Shown here piece by piece: positions 1 to 10,300 of a stretch of DNA of 45,676 nt. Origin of the DNA: Bacilli bacterium (GTDB lineage: Bacteria; Bacillota_I; Bacilli_A; RFN20; CAG-826). The notes under the pieces were generated by a model. The model did not search any database, was not told the DNA's origin, and was given only the letters and a program-made list of their open reading frames with translations. Where the stretch lies: NCBI GenBank assembly GCA_045597865.1, contig JAZLKX010000016.1, forward strand, positions 1-45,676, read 5' to 3'. Every line of letters begins with the position of its first letter. The stretch's first letter is position 1. The translations under genes were made by a program, and so were the position numbers.

Positions 1-28
1 CTGCTCTAACCAACTGAGCTACTCAGCC
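1..28 (-). tRNA. 5' fragment of a tRNA (truncated by window edge; isotype not determinable)
   Basis: Minus strand reads GGCTGAGTAGCTCAGTTGGTTAGAGCAG, i.e. acceptor 5' strand plus D-arm, directly downstream of tRNA-Ala. The anticodon lies outside the window. Confidence 0.85.
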
Positions 29-33
29 ATAAA

Positions 34-109
34 TGGTGGATCTGAAGAGGATCGAACTCTCTACCTCCTGAATGCAAATCAGGCGCTCTCCCAGATGAGC
101 TACAGACCC
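34..109 (-). tRNA. tRNA-Ala(TGC)
   Basis: GGGTCTGTAGCTCATCTGGGAGAGCGCCTGATTTGCATTCAGGAGGTAGAGAGTTCGATCCTCTTCAGATCCACCA: full cloverleaf, TGC anticodon, G3:U70 pair, encoded CCA. Confidence 0.97.
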
Positions 110-196
110 ACGTGGCTTATAAGCTTTATCGGCTTACAAGTTTAGTATTATACATAGTTAATACTTAATACACAACAAAAATTTTAATTTTCTTTT

Positions 197-232
197 AAAA
201 GAAAAGCGCGACGTTAGTTAATCACGCTTTTC
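197..232 (-). terminator. Intrinsic terminator after the large adhesin gene
   Basis: Minus-strand hairpin GAAAAGCGTGA...TCGCGCTTTTC followed by TTTT, immediately after the stop codon. Confidence 0.7.
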
Positions 233-3200
233 TAAGACCAGTTAGACGTTACAACGTTGTACGAATCATTACCCGTTTCAGCAACCCTTGTACCATTACA
301 GTAGACTTCATACGGTTCTATTTCGTACAGATAGAACAGCACTTCCAGTGAATCATGCTCCGTTGAATTGTATAGGAATGTTACATCATACCTGCCCTTA
401 TTTTGTCCAGTTGGAGAATCTGGACCACTATAACTAACTGTAACTCTAAATTTATCTCCTTGAGGCACTAAGAAATAGAAGTTCAAAATGGTGAATTCAA
501 GCTTTTGATATGGATCTCTATAACCTACAGAACCAAATGAACCACCAAATCCAGCAGGTGCTATATATTCAAATTCAATTCTTGAAATACGAGTATTAAT
601 AGAAACAAATGGTAATGTAATACTATTTTTTACACCAACCAATAAAACATAAGTTTTAATTTGATTTTCATTTATTGTACCGGTATTTGCTATTTGATTT
701 CCGTTTGAATCATAACCACATAGGATATTTCCGTTCTTATCTAATGCGGCATATGCACATTTTTTAACAATTCCACGTCTCATGACCATTTGAATCATAT
801 TATTCATGCCGCCTTCAGATTGTTCGACAAAATCGCCATCTTCCATGGCAAGTTGATTGTTCATGTAAACATATCCGCCTTGAGCAACTGTTCCGCCCTT
901 TTTAAAAACCATTGTTTTAAAATCTAATCCCGGAATAAGGCCAGATATAGTCCATGAGTAATGGAATTTAATTTCGCCCATTTTATCGGAAGCATTTAAA
1001 CCACCAACATTACTCAAGTAAAGAACAATTGAGTTTGGTGCATGTTGAGTTGCATACCATTTGGTACCAACATCTGCTGAAGTTAATTTTTCTGTTAAAG
1101 GACGATTATCTTCACCATCGATTGTAACGAAGGTGTTGGAGAATTGGAAACCACCACCAACAACATCAATATTTTCAGCACTATAACCAGATTCAGTTAA
1201 TATTGGATCATCGCCAATAAATATAGGATCAACAGGAGTTACTCCATCATCTTTCATTTTTATACGTTTTGGAGCATCATAAACTCCTTGCCATTTATGG
1301 TAAGTGTCATAGACAATATTTCCGTTTTCATCAACAACGTATTCGCCGGTGCTTGGATCAACCTGTGGAACTTCATAATCGACAAATTGGAATTCAATGT
1401 TTCCCCTACTGATTTTCAATACTTCATATTCACCATCCATATCTTTACCATATAAAGTTGTAGATTGAATTTCTCTTTCTTCGTGGTGATATGGTCTTAA
1501 ATCTGTTTCAGGATTAAATGTTTTTCCGTCTGTTACAAAATTACTAATTGCATCATAGTTTAAATGAGCGTGTCCACCAGTACTTGCAGTGATATCGATA
1601 GGTTTAGATAAATCTCTATTTTGAGTCATATCGAAATCAGCTTGCCCTATTGTAAGTGTTCCAGAAGAAGAAACAGATGTGCTTGTTGAATAAGAAAGAA
1701 ATGCAGTAGGAAACTGGTTAGACGATGTATTAAAGCTAATTACATACGCAATGTGATGAATGCCTAATTGAAGAGGTACTGTAACTGTATGAGTGCCGCT
1801 AATACTAACTGTAAACCTATATTGTGTAAGTAAGCTTATTCTCGATGTTGATATTGAAATATCATTAGCACTAATTGCTGGACTAATTAAGTCTGTTCTA
1901 TCAACCCCATCAACAAAGAAATGGACTTGTTTATTTGATATAGATGGGTTGTTTGCTAAACCGCCTATATCAGATGATTCAGTAAAAGTACTAGCATTTT
2001 TAAGATTGAAAGTGACATAACGTGGATTTTCATCTCTTTCGTTTGCCATATGGAAGTAATCCCAATTACCCTTACCTGTATCAAAATAAAGATAGTCTTT
2101 TTCTAAAAATTCAGAATTTTTTACAGTTTCAAAATCTCTATCGCCACCAGTATAAAGGCTGTCTTTATTTTCAGCTGGAACTTGAATATAATTGCTTCCA
2201 TCTTTGTAGTATAAATCGTAAACATGGGACTCGCCTTCTTCTTCAATTGGTTGGTAGCCTAATGTTGATAAAGAATAATTGTATCCAGTATATTGTCCTG
2301 CCCCATAATCGTCTGGATCATCACCAATAATATTATATGAATATAAACCTGAAGTAACATAGGCGGTGCCTTTGCTAAAAGGATTGACAGTTTTATTTCC
2401 ATCAAATTCTTGATCAATTGGAGGATGGTCATCAACATATTCTGTATTTCTAGTACGTAATGGGTTATTACGAATATTTTGATAGTTTTGGCTCATGTAG
2501 CTATAAACTGCAGAACTATCTAATGTAAAAGAATAGTTACTTCCTGGGCCAACATGTCCACCCTCGGTAGGAATTTCAACAACACCATAATAAGAATAGC
2601 TATTAAGTTTTGATTCACTATCACCTTCGGTTCCTTCTATAGTACAGTGGTTTGTATAAACATTTTCAAAAGACTCGGCGACCATGATGTGTCCTGCAAT
2701 AGAACCAATACATGGGTGTGGGAAATCTGAATCTTGTCTTAGGTGAGGTGTATGGAGTTCATAATCTGTTTCATCATGAATCTTTGCACCATTTGTATTA
2801 ATTGTGTAATCGCTGAAATAAATATCGTGAACGTAACCTGATGGGCCAACATAACCAAAAATACCAATATCTTCAAGTTGGAAATCATCATTATCAGCAT
2901 CAACAGCCACTACCTTAAAGCCCGATAATTTAATATTGCTACCGTCCAATTCACCAATGAATGGTCTTTGTGGAGAACCAAGAGGAATTAACTCCTCGCC
3001 TTCTTCAGAATAAACAGTTAAGTTTAAAGTTTGGCTATAAGTAGGAGCATCAGGTGTGAAATTTGGTGTTCCATCATCTTTATAATCAAAAACTTCTAAG
3101 TCGCCATCTTCGTCAAGATCATAGCCGACTTGGAAATAATAGCCTTTACCATCTAAGCCTTGGGATGGGTTATTTGCGTTATAGAATCCTTCAATGTTAT

Positions 3201-3441
3201 TGTGTAACCAAACAAGGTTTTCCCAATGTTTTGGTCTTGTAATAACGAATGGATCATCTTCAGTTCCTTTACCACAATGGAAATATGAAGTTAAGACAGC
3301 ACCATCAATGCCACCCATTTCATTAGTATTAATAACACTAGCCTTTCCAAACCAAGCCACTGAAGCTGAGATTGAAAAGACTCCTATCATTGCTGTAAGA
3401 GCGGAAATAAATGCAATTTTAAGCTTTGTTTTCTTTAACAT
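232..3441 (-). CDS. Large secreted adhesin-like protein with SipW-class signal peptide (putative minor/tip fibre subunit), ~1069 aa
   Basis: Start moved to ATG 3441 (GGTGG SD, just after the upstream stop). Basic N-region, hydrophobic helix, then SASVA|WF. Contains G.GT..DPF.I, PFIGELDG and IGIFGYVG motifs like GLUG-type surface proteins. No LPxTG or C-terminal TM seen. Confidence 0.7.
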   Translation of the reverse strand: MLKKTKLKIAFISALTAMIGVFSISASVAWFGKASVINTNEMGGIDGAVLTSYFHCGKGTEDDPFVITRPKHWENLVWLHNNIEGFYNANNPSQGLDGKGYYFQVGYDLDEDGDLEVFDYKDDGTPNFTPDAPTYSQTLNLTVYSEEGEELIPLGSPQRPFIGELDGSNIKLSGFKVVAVDADNDDFQLEDIGIFGYVGPSGYVHDIYFSDYTINTNGAKIHDETDYELHTPHLRQDSDFPHPCIGSIAGHIMVAESFENVYTNHCTIEGTEGDSESKLNSYSYYGVVEIPTEGGHVGPGSNYSFTLDSSAVYSYMSQNYQNIRNNPLRTRNTEYVDDHPPIDQEFDGNKTVNPFSKGTAYVTSGLYSYNIIGDDPDDYGAGQYTGYNYSLSTLGYQPIEEEGESHVYDLYYKDGSNYIQVPAENKDSLYTGGDRDFETVKNSEFLEKDYLYFDTGKGNWDYFHMANERDENPRYVTFNLKNASTFTESSDIGGLANNPSISNKQVHFFVDGVDRTDLISPAISANDISISTSRISLLTQYRFTVSISGTHTVTVPLQLGIHHIAYVISFNTSSNQFPTAFLSYSTSTSVSSSGTLTIGQADFDMTQNRDLSKPIDITASTGGHAHLNYDAISNFVTDGKTFNPETDLRPYHHEEREIQSTTLYGKDMDGEYEVLKISRGNIEFQFVDYEVPQVDPSTGEYVVDENGNIVYDTYHKWQGVYDAPKRIKMKDDGVTPVDPIFIGDDPILTESGYSAENIDVVGGGFQFSNTFVTIDGEDNRPLTEKLTSADVGTKWYATQHAPNSIVLYLSNVGGLNASDKMGEIKFHYSWTISGLIPGLDFKTMVFKKGGTVAQGGYVYMNNQLAMEDGDFVEQSEGGMNNMIQMVMRRGIVKKCAYAALDKNGNILCGYDSNGNQIANTGTINENQIKTYVLLVGVKNSITLPFVSINTRISRIEFEYIAPAGFGGSFGSVGYRDPYQKLEFTILNFYFLVPQGDKFRVTVSYSGPDSPTGQNKGRYDVTFLYNSTEHDSLEVLFYLYEIEPYEVYCNGTRVAETGNDSYNVVTSNWS

Positions 3442-3442
3442 A

Positions 3443-4270
3443 TTATTTTCCACCAACTAACGCAAAAGAAATAGAAACAATGTCTTTTTCAAAATCAATT
3501 ACATTGGTTCCATCAAAAACATCTAGGCCGTAATCATCTTCACAGTTATTTCGATAATAATTAACCAAAGTATCGTTATAATAATAAACGATAAAGAAGT
3601 CAGTTGTAAAACCAGCTACTCCAATAGCAGAACTTGGTAAATCGACTGTTTTAGTTATCACTAAATCTTTATCATTTTCTTCACTAGTAGGTGCTTTGTC
3701 TTTATGAACAAAAGAAATACCAGTATCACCTAATGATTCAAATTCACTAGTACATTGATTGTAAATTGTGCCAATGTTTGAACCATCAGCAGCTTCTTCA
3801 GGAATTGAACGATCAAAGTTATCAAAAAAATTAAATTCAATCAAATTTGAAATATATTTATCAATATAGTTATGTGCATCAACTGTTTTAAATAAATGGT
3901 CTGCACTACACTCAACTTTAACTTCAAGTTTTTGGCCTTTTTGAATTGTATTTGGATAATAAAGTTTTGCACGAACAAAACGCTTGGCGTAGGTATTATT
4001 CTTTTCAATGAATGCATCATAATCGCCTAAAGAAAGGTCAATCATCTTGGTTGGTTCATCTTCATCAATATCATATCCATAAATGTCATATGAATTGTTT
4101 AAAATGCCAACAGTCTCATCAAGATAGCATTTAACTGTCATGCCTTTAGAATTAACTTGAGAGTTTGTTGAAAACCAAGCGACTGATGTTGCTGCAAAAC
4201 CAAGTAAAACTGCTGTACACGAAAGAGTTAAAACAGTGGAAATAATCTTTGTTTTTGAAGATTTTTTCAT
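3443..4270 (-). CDS. Secreted protein with SipW-class signal peptide (TasA/camelysin-like fibre subunit candidate), ~275 aa
   Basis: Start moved to ATG 4270 (AAGGAG SD); the longer ORF start lies inside the riboswitch. Signal ATSVA|WFSTNSQVNSKGMTVK; beta-rich mature region. Confidence 0.7.
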   Translation of the reverse strand: MKKSSKTKIISTVLTLSCTAVLLGFAATSVAWFSTNSQVNSKGMTVKCYLDETVGILNNSYDIYGYDIDEDEPTKMIDLSLGDYDAFIEKNNTYAKRFVRAKLYYPNTIQKGQKLEVKVECSADHLFKTVDAHNYIDKYISNLIEFNFFDNFDRSIPEEAADGSNIGTIYNQCTSEFESLGDTGISFVHKDKAPTSEENDKDLVITKTVDLPSSAIGVAGFTTDFFIVYYYNDTLVNYYRNNCEDDYGLDVFDGTNVIDFEKDIVSISFALVGGK

Positions 4271-4292
4271 ATTTTTACTCCTTTCAACATAT

Positions 4293-4324
4293 AAAAAGCC
4301 AGTCGCTTTTTTAGGCAACTGGCT
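4293..4324 (-). terminator. Riboswitch expression-platform terminator overlapping the aptamer 3' end (ON-switch architecture)
   Basis: AGCCAGTTGC-CTAAAAAA-GCGACTGGCT-TTTT; the left arm is the P3/P1 3' strand of the aptamer. Confidence 0.85.
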
Positions 4325-4384
4325 ATCTTAATAAGACCCTATAGTTTTGCGTCCCTAGATTTCTCTAGGTTTGCTTTTTACTAA
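4311..4384 (-). ncRNA. GEMM-I (c-di-GMP-I family) riboswitch, A20 variant
   Basis: TTAG-TAAAAA-GCAAACCTAGA-GAAA-TCTAGGGACGCAAAACTATAGGGTCTTATTAAGATAGCCAGTTGC-CTAA. P1 TTAG/CTAA, P2 with GAAA tetraloop, GCAAA junction, P3. The position equivalent to Vc2 G20 is A (nt 4375). Confidence 0.93.
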
Positions 4385-4388
4385 CAAT

Positions 4389-4416
4389 AGTTTAACACTA
4401 ATATAAATTAGTGCAA
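4389..4416 (-). promoter_or_regulatory. Putative sigma-A promoter with palindrome in the spacer
   Basis: TTGCAC-16 nt-TAAACT with TGn extension. The predicted start coincides with riboswitch P1. Contains CACTA-N8-TAGTG at 4396-4413. Confidence 0.6.
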
Positions 4417-4423
4417 TATTTTT

Positions 4424-6715
4424 TTACAATTTATGATTGTGAGATTCTTCACAGAAGTGCAAGTAGTCAGTCAAAGAAATTGGCTTACTATAAATATAAC
4501 CTTGGACAACATCGCATTCATGTTTCTTAAGAATTTCAACATCCTCTGCTGTTTCAACACCCTCTTGTGTAACCTTCATTTTAAGTTGTTTTGCAAGAGA
4601 GATGATTGAGTCATAAATTTTCTCAATACGTTCTGGTTGACTTGTATGATCGATAAAGAACTTATCAAGTTTAATTTCATCCATTGGTAATTCTTTAAGA
4701 ATTCTATAGGATGAGTAGCCACATCCAAAGTCATCGATTGAACACTCAAATCCATTTGCGTGGAGCTTATCGACAATATTACGTAAAACATCGTAGTTTT
4801 CGTATGCGAATGACTCTGTAAATTCAATTGTAATTGCACCATTTGCAATACCGAATTTTTTCTTAACTCTCGAATAATATTCGATAAAGTCTGGTTGGGT
4901 AGCAGTTATACGTGAAACGTTAACTGAAACTGGGAAAACGTGACGTCCATTAGCAATAGAATATGAGATATATTCACAAACTTTTGAGTAGACGTATTTA
5001 TCAAGTTTTTCGATAAATCCGTTTGATTCAAAAAGTGGCATAAATAAAGCTGGAACGTTATAGACACCTGAGGCTTTATCGTACCAACGGACAAGGGCTT
5101 CTGCACCATCTTGACGTTTTGCTTTTAAGTTATACTTAGCTTGATAGAAGACTTGGAATTCGCCATCTTTAAGAGCTTGTTCTTGTCTAAGTTCCATATC
5201 TTCGTTGATAAGTCTAATCTTACGGAGATCGTCGTTATAGAAGTTGAATTGCATATCAACGTTTTCTACTGTTGCTTTAACAATAGCATTATTTGCTTCA
5301 CGAGCATAGTCGACCATCTTAGAAACTGGTGTTTGTTCATTCTGAATGTGCTCATAAATACCGTATTTAAGTTGAATATGTGCACCCTTAGAACCTTTGT
5401 ATTGGCTGGTAAGGAATGAATGGGTTTTAAGTCTAGAAATTAAATCTTCTTTGTCTCTAGCGTGTAAAAGAATTAAGAATTCACCATTTCCGACATAACC
5501 ATAGGTTTCTTCAAGTTGTTGAATCTTGCTAGTAACGGTTTTAACGTGTCTTAAAATGGCATTAACTTCTTGTTCACCGAATGTTTCATTCAAATACTTA
5601 AAGTGTCTAATTTCACATATAATAACACCGAAATAGGATTCTTTTTGTCGAGTAAAGACTTGTTCAGACTCTTTTTCAAAACCGTGTCTATTTAAACAGT
5701 TAAGACGAGTATCCATGGTTTCGGAGTTAGAAATCTTACGATTAAGTCTTGCATGATCGATAATAAAGTAAAGAATTGTTCCGACAATGATAATAACAAA
5801 CAATGCAAAGACTGAAACAATTGAGTTAATTAAGTTTCTATTAGACGGGTTTAAAATATCGCAGTTATAAAGTTCAATAACAGCTAAGTTTGACAACTCG
5901 CTTGCTTTTGAAACTGAAACAACATAGTCAGTACCATTAATTTTGCAGAATACAGCACCATCTAACCCTTCATTACAAAGCACTTGAACTTGATCAACAA
6001 TAGATTTATCGCCAACCCATATTCTTAGATTTGAAAAGAAATCGTTTGTATCACGTGTAAACTTCTCTGTTTCTTTATATGAATATATAACACCACTATC
6101 AGAACATAGAACACCAAATGAAGCATCTGTATGGAATGTATCTTTTGATGCTAATGCTTCAATAGTTTCAATATTGTAGTATAAAGAAACGCCATCAACA
6201 CCAAATGGACACATTGTAACGGATGTATAAAATTCAAAGTGTTCAACTGGTTCTGCTGAAATATCAGACATATCATCTGTAAATGAACCTAAATAGGCAG
6301 GAGCAACTTGTCCTGCATTTCTATAGGCAAAGGCTAAATCATTTGAACCGCGCTCTGTATGTGGATCAATCATTGTTTCATCATAAATCCACTCATTAAT
6401 AAAATATCTAAAACGAGCAAGTTCTAAATCAGCTAATTTAACTTCGCCAATAAGGTCTGACATCGTCTCTTCGTTATAAACTTCTTTTAATCTGGTAGCA
6501 ACTTCAACAGTTTTTTGGTTTATAGCATTAATATTATCTACAATTGGCTTTGTAACATTTTGTGTATTTAATTGAGCTTGTGACTTAGAAAGTTCATGAA
6601 CGTTCTCGGAATGTTGAGAAAGCATGACTAAAGCACTTACGGTTAAGCCTAAGCCAATTAGAGCAACAAAACCAATAATTAACGGTTTAAATAGTTTTTT
6701 GAATCTTGGTTTCAC
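4424..6715 (-). CDS. Membrane sensor with extracellular domain, degenerate GGDEF and intact EAL c-di-GMP phosphodiesterase
   Basis: Two TM helices flank a ~260-aa extracellular region. GGDEF is degenerate (VGNGEF). EAL motifs intact: AEALVRW, SVNVS, EFTES, DDFGCGYSS, KLDK, EGVE, QGY. Confidence 0.9.
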   Translation of the reverse strand: MKPRFKKLFKPLIIGFVALIGLGLTVSALVMLSQHSENVHELSKSQAQLNTQNVTKPIVDNINAINQKTVEVATRLKEVYNEETMSDLIGEVKLADLELARFRYFINEWIYDETMIDPHTERGSNDLAFAYRNAGQVAPAYLGSFTDDMSDISAEPVEHFEFYTSVTMCPFGVDGVSLYYNIETIEALASKDTFHTDASFGVLCSDSGVIYSYKETEKFTRDTNDFFSNLRIWVGDKSIVDQVQVLCNEGLDGAVFCKINGTDYVVSVSKASELSNLAVIELYNCDILNPSNRNLINSIVSVFALFVIIIVGTILYFIIDHARLNRKISNSETMDTRLNCLNRHGFEKESEQVFTRQKESYFGVIICEIRHFKYLNETFGEQEVNAILRHVKTVTSKIQQLEETYGYVGNGEFLILLHARDKEDLISRLKTHSFLTSQYKGSKGAHIQLKYGIYEHIQNEQTPVSKMVDYAREANNAIVKATVENVDMQFNFYNDDLRKIRLINEDMELRQEQALKDGEFQVFYQAKYNLKAKRQDGAEALVRWYDKASGVYNVPALFMPLFESNGFIEKLDKYVYSKVCEYISYSIANGRHVFPVSVNVSRITATQPDFIEYYSRVKKKFGIANGAITIEFTESFAYENYDVLRNIVDKLHANGFECSIDDFGCGYSSYRILKELPMDEIKLDKFFIDHTSQPERIEKIYDSIISLAKQLKMKVTQEGVETAEDVEILKKHECDVVQGYIYSKPISLTDYLHFCEESHNHKL

Positions 6716-6729
6716 GTTTCATGTCCTTT

Positions 6730-7347
6730 CTAGAATAATTTCGTATTTTTTGCTTCTTCTTCAAGACGTTTCACTTCTTCAGCGACTAAATCATCAACTT
6801 GTTTATCGCTGAGTTCTTTGGAATTTTTCTTTTCCATTGCAAGAATAACACCAAAGACAATAATAACAACGCCCATGCTTACTCCATAACCATATGGTGC
6901 GGAATAAAGTTTTCCAAAGAGCGATAGTACTGGAAGATTTCTTACGTGTTCGTATCGTATATTTTCTCTTTTAACTGGATAAACGTCATCAATTTGGTTA
7001 TTATCACCCTTTGTTTTGAAGGTTCCGTCTTCGTTAATTGAGACAACACGGTGAGTAACAATAGAATCTTTCGGTACTGTTGGATCATCTGAGATAAATA
7101 CTACAATGTCCCCTACTTTTACATCATCAGCGGTTGCTTCTTTAACTAAAATGTAGGACTCAGATGGAATTGTAGTCTCCATTGATGGAGTTTGTACCCA
7201 AAGCATGCGGTAGCCAATAACTGACTTATCCGTTTTCTTTTGGATAATTGTGATAGTTGTAAAGGCTAAGAGCAATACTAGTATTGCTCCAAGGATAACG
7301 TCCATGACTCTTGAAAAGATTTTTCTAACTTTCTTTCCTTTAGACAT
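6730..7347 (-). CDS. sipW: Signal peptidase I, SipW/ER-type (S26B)
   Basis: N-terminal TM, catalytic Ser in TPSME, His in VTHRVV, TKGDNN motif, C-terminal TM. Confidence 0.88.
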   Translation of the reverse strand: MSKGKKVRKIFSRVMDVILGAILVLLLAFTTITIIQKKTDKSVIGYRMLWVQTPSMETTIPSESYILVKEATADDVKVGDIVVFISDDPTVPKDSIVTHRVVSINEDGTFKTKGDNNQIDDVYPVKRENIRYEHVRNLPVLSLFGKLYSAPYGYGVSMGVVIIVFGVILAMEKKNSKELSDKQVDDLVAEEVKRLEEEAKNTKLF

Positions 7348-7365
7348 GAATTAGCCTCCTTTCAA

Positions 7366-10300
7366 CTATTTTTTGTTTTTACCAAGAATTCCACTAAGGA
7401 ACTTGGAATAAACACCTTTGTTTTGTTTTTCAACCTTTGGTTGTTCATCAACTTTAGGTTGTTCTTGAACCTTCACTTCTTCAGCTTTTGGTTCCTCAAC
7501 AACTGGTTGAGGTGCTGGAGCTGGAACTTCTTTTTCTTCATTTTTGTGTCTTCTAAATAAGGAGAACGGAGAAACAGATTTCTTTTCAGCTTGTTTAGGT
7601 TCTTCTTTAACTGGTTCTGGTTCAATTGCTGGTTCTGGTTCCTTAACAGGCTCAGGCTCAGCTGGTTTTTCCTCAACAACTGGTTCTGGTTCAACCATAG
7701 GTTCTGATTCTTTTACTGGTTCTGGTTCAACTACAGGCTCTGGTGTAGGTTCTTCTACGACTGGAGCTGGAATTTCTTCGACCACTACTTCTTCAGCTTT
7801 TCTTTCTGAAGATGGAATAAATGAACCTTCTGAGAGTTTTGCTAAAGAAGGAACAGCGTTAAGCATTTCCTCAATAGTCATACTCTCTAATTTATAGTTA
7901 GATGCCACATATGCATCGTTTTTGACGATTTCATATTGGCTCATAACGTCTTTAATAAGCTCAATAACATAGTTAACAGCACGTGCTGATTTAACTTTCA
8001 TAAGCATTGGGAATTCAACTTCCTTACCTTCTACTCTTAAATCCTTATGATGGAATCTTGATTCCTCATAATTATCTGGATTAAGTGGGAGGTAGACGTA
8101 AATTCCTTTACCTCTAACTTTGAATTCTGCAAGTTTAATGCGGCCAAGTTTGAATAATTCATGACCCCATGAAATCTTGGATGCTACTTTCTTATAGCTT
8201 AAGAATTCATTCTTTAAGGTGTTATAGAAGTCTTGAGTTTCATCACCTGCGAAAATTAAACGTGCGCTAAATGAGAACTTGTATTGACTATTAAAGCCTA
8301 ATCCGTCTTCACTTTCGGCTTCAGCTTTAACTGGAGCTTCAACCACTATTGGTTCTGGCTCTTTAACTGGTTCTGGTTTAACTTCTTCAACCACTGGTGC
8401 CTCTTCTTTAACCTCTACTGGCGCTTTCTCAACAACTGGTAATTCAGCATTATCAGTTAATTTAGCTAAAGGTGGTTCAGCATTAAGCATTTCTTCAATG
8501 CTCATGTGTGGTAAGCGATAATCTTGTTCTTCGTAGTTGTCGTTATGTGGAATTTCGTTATTCATCATAACTTCATCAATAAGTTCGCAAGCGTATTTGA
8601 CACCACGGTCTGATTTAACCTTAAGCATCATTGGGAATTCGACTTCTTTTCCTTCAGCTCTTAAGTCTTGGAAGTGAAGTCTATCTTGATCGTATTTGTC
8701 TGGATCAAGTGGGAGGTAGACACAAAGTGTCTTGCCTTTGACTTTAAGCAATGCAATCTTAATACGTCCAAGCTTAATAGTTTCATGACCCCAAGAAATC
8801 TTGGAATTCACTTTCTTATAGCTTAAAGCGTGATTCTTAATTGCATTATAGAAATCTTGTCTATCATCACCTGCGCGAATTAAACGTGCAGAGAATGAGA
8901 ATTTGTATTTAAAGTTGATACCTTCTTCATCTTCTTCAGCTTCAACTGGTGCTGGAGCTGGTTCTACAACTGGTTCTGGTTGAGTTTCAACTGGTTTAGA
9001 AGGTATATTTGGAACTTCGCCTTCAATAAGTTTTGCAAGAACTGGGTCTGAAACTAACATTTCATCAATTGTCATGTATGCAAACTTGTAGTTCTTTTCT
9101 TCATAGGCGTCATTCTTAACAATGTTATTATTAGCCATTACATCAGCGATAAGTTCAGCAACATACTTCACTGCTCTATCTGATTTGACTTTCATCATCA
9201 TTGGGAATTCGACTTCTTTTCCTTCGACTCTCATGTCTTGAAAATGGAGCCTATCTTGATCGTATTTATCTGGATCAAGTGGGAGATAGACACAAAGTGT
9301 CTTTCCTCTAACTTTGAGTTCTGCAATTTTAATTCTACCAAGTTTAAAGAGTTCATGACCCCATGAAACTTTAGAATTAACTTTCTTGTATGAAAGAATG
9401 TTGTTCTTGACTGCGTTATAGAAGTCTTGTCTTTCATCACCAGAAAGAATAAGTCTTGCAGCAAAACTGAATTTGTATTTCCAACCAAATCCTTCATCGC
9501 CTTCTTCAGCAACAACTGGTTCTTCAGGTTTAACTTCTTCAACCACTGGTTCTTCGACTGGTTCTGGTTCAGCTGGTTTAGCTTCCATTTCTGGGACTTC
9601 TTGGTCTTCAACAGTTTCAACGCTATGGAATGAACCGTTTTCGCCAATAAGTCTTGCTAAGTCTTTCTCGAGCATTTCATCAAGTGACATTGGTGCCATA
9701 TGATAATCTTTTGGCTCGTAGACTTCGCGTTTTGCGATTTCGTAGCGTTCCATTACGAGTGCTATAAGTTCTTTTGCGTACTTACATGCACGATTAGAAC
9801 GAACTTTAAGTAAGAATGGGTACTCATTTTTACCATCTTCTTTAGAAACATCTAAGTGATGGTATTTATTAGCATCGAATTCTTTTGGATCAAGTGGTAA
9901 GTAAACGAACAAGGTTTTACCTTTACAGTTTAACTTAGCACATGGTTTTCTACCTTGTTTAAATAATTCTCTATTCCAAGATGCAAAACACTTAATGTCT
10001 TCGTATGACATAAGTTCGTTTTTAATCTCGTTATAGTAATCTTGAGTTGGAAGTTGTGCCTTAATAAGTCTAGCGTAGAAGCTATATTTGTAGCGGTATT
10101 GAATATCACCGCTCTTATCAATGACAGCAACATCTTCTTCATCATTTTCTTCTTGATACATCATTGAGTCTGCTGCTAAAGCAACTAAGATGGCATATTC
10201 TATGTCATCATCTGGATGTTCAAGAGGTAATTCGTCTGCAAGAATATCAGGAATTAATGTCTTGTAGTCGAATTCATCTTCATCAAGTTCTTCTAATTCA

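Noticed and set aside
1-232. Fibre locus as an island integrated at tRNA-Ala
   Set aside because: The locus abuts the tRNA 5' side; no integrase or duplicated tRNA 3' end was seen.
4271-4318. N-terminal extension MPKKATGF... of the 291-aa ORF
   Set aside because: It lies inside the riboswitch terminator; the SD-supported start is ATG 4270.
4424-6715. GGDEF domain of the 763-aa protein as the cGAMP synthase for the A20 riboswitch
   Set aside because: The signature is degenerate (VGNGEF) and the metal-binding Asp residues are missing, so it is unlikely to be an active cyclase.
7544-9703. Ser/Gly/Thr-rich plus-strand ORFs (7544-7897, 9473-9703) and Asn/Gln/Leu-rich alternate frames
   Set aside because: Shadows of the Pro/Glu-rich linkers of the 1313-aa gene; no SD or independent signal.
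7831-10098. Repeats as CRISPR array or DGR template/variable pair
   Set aside because: They are in-frame ~459-nt coding duplications with no short repeat-spacer pattern, no cas or reverse transcriptase gene, and no adenine-specific mismatch pattern evident.
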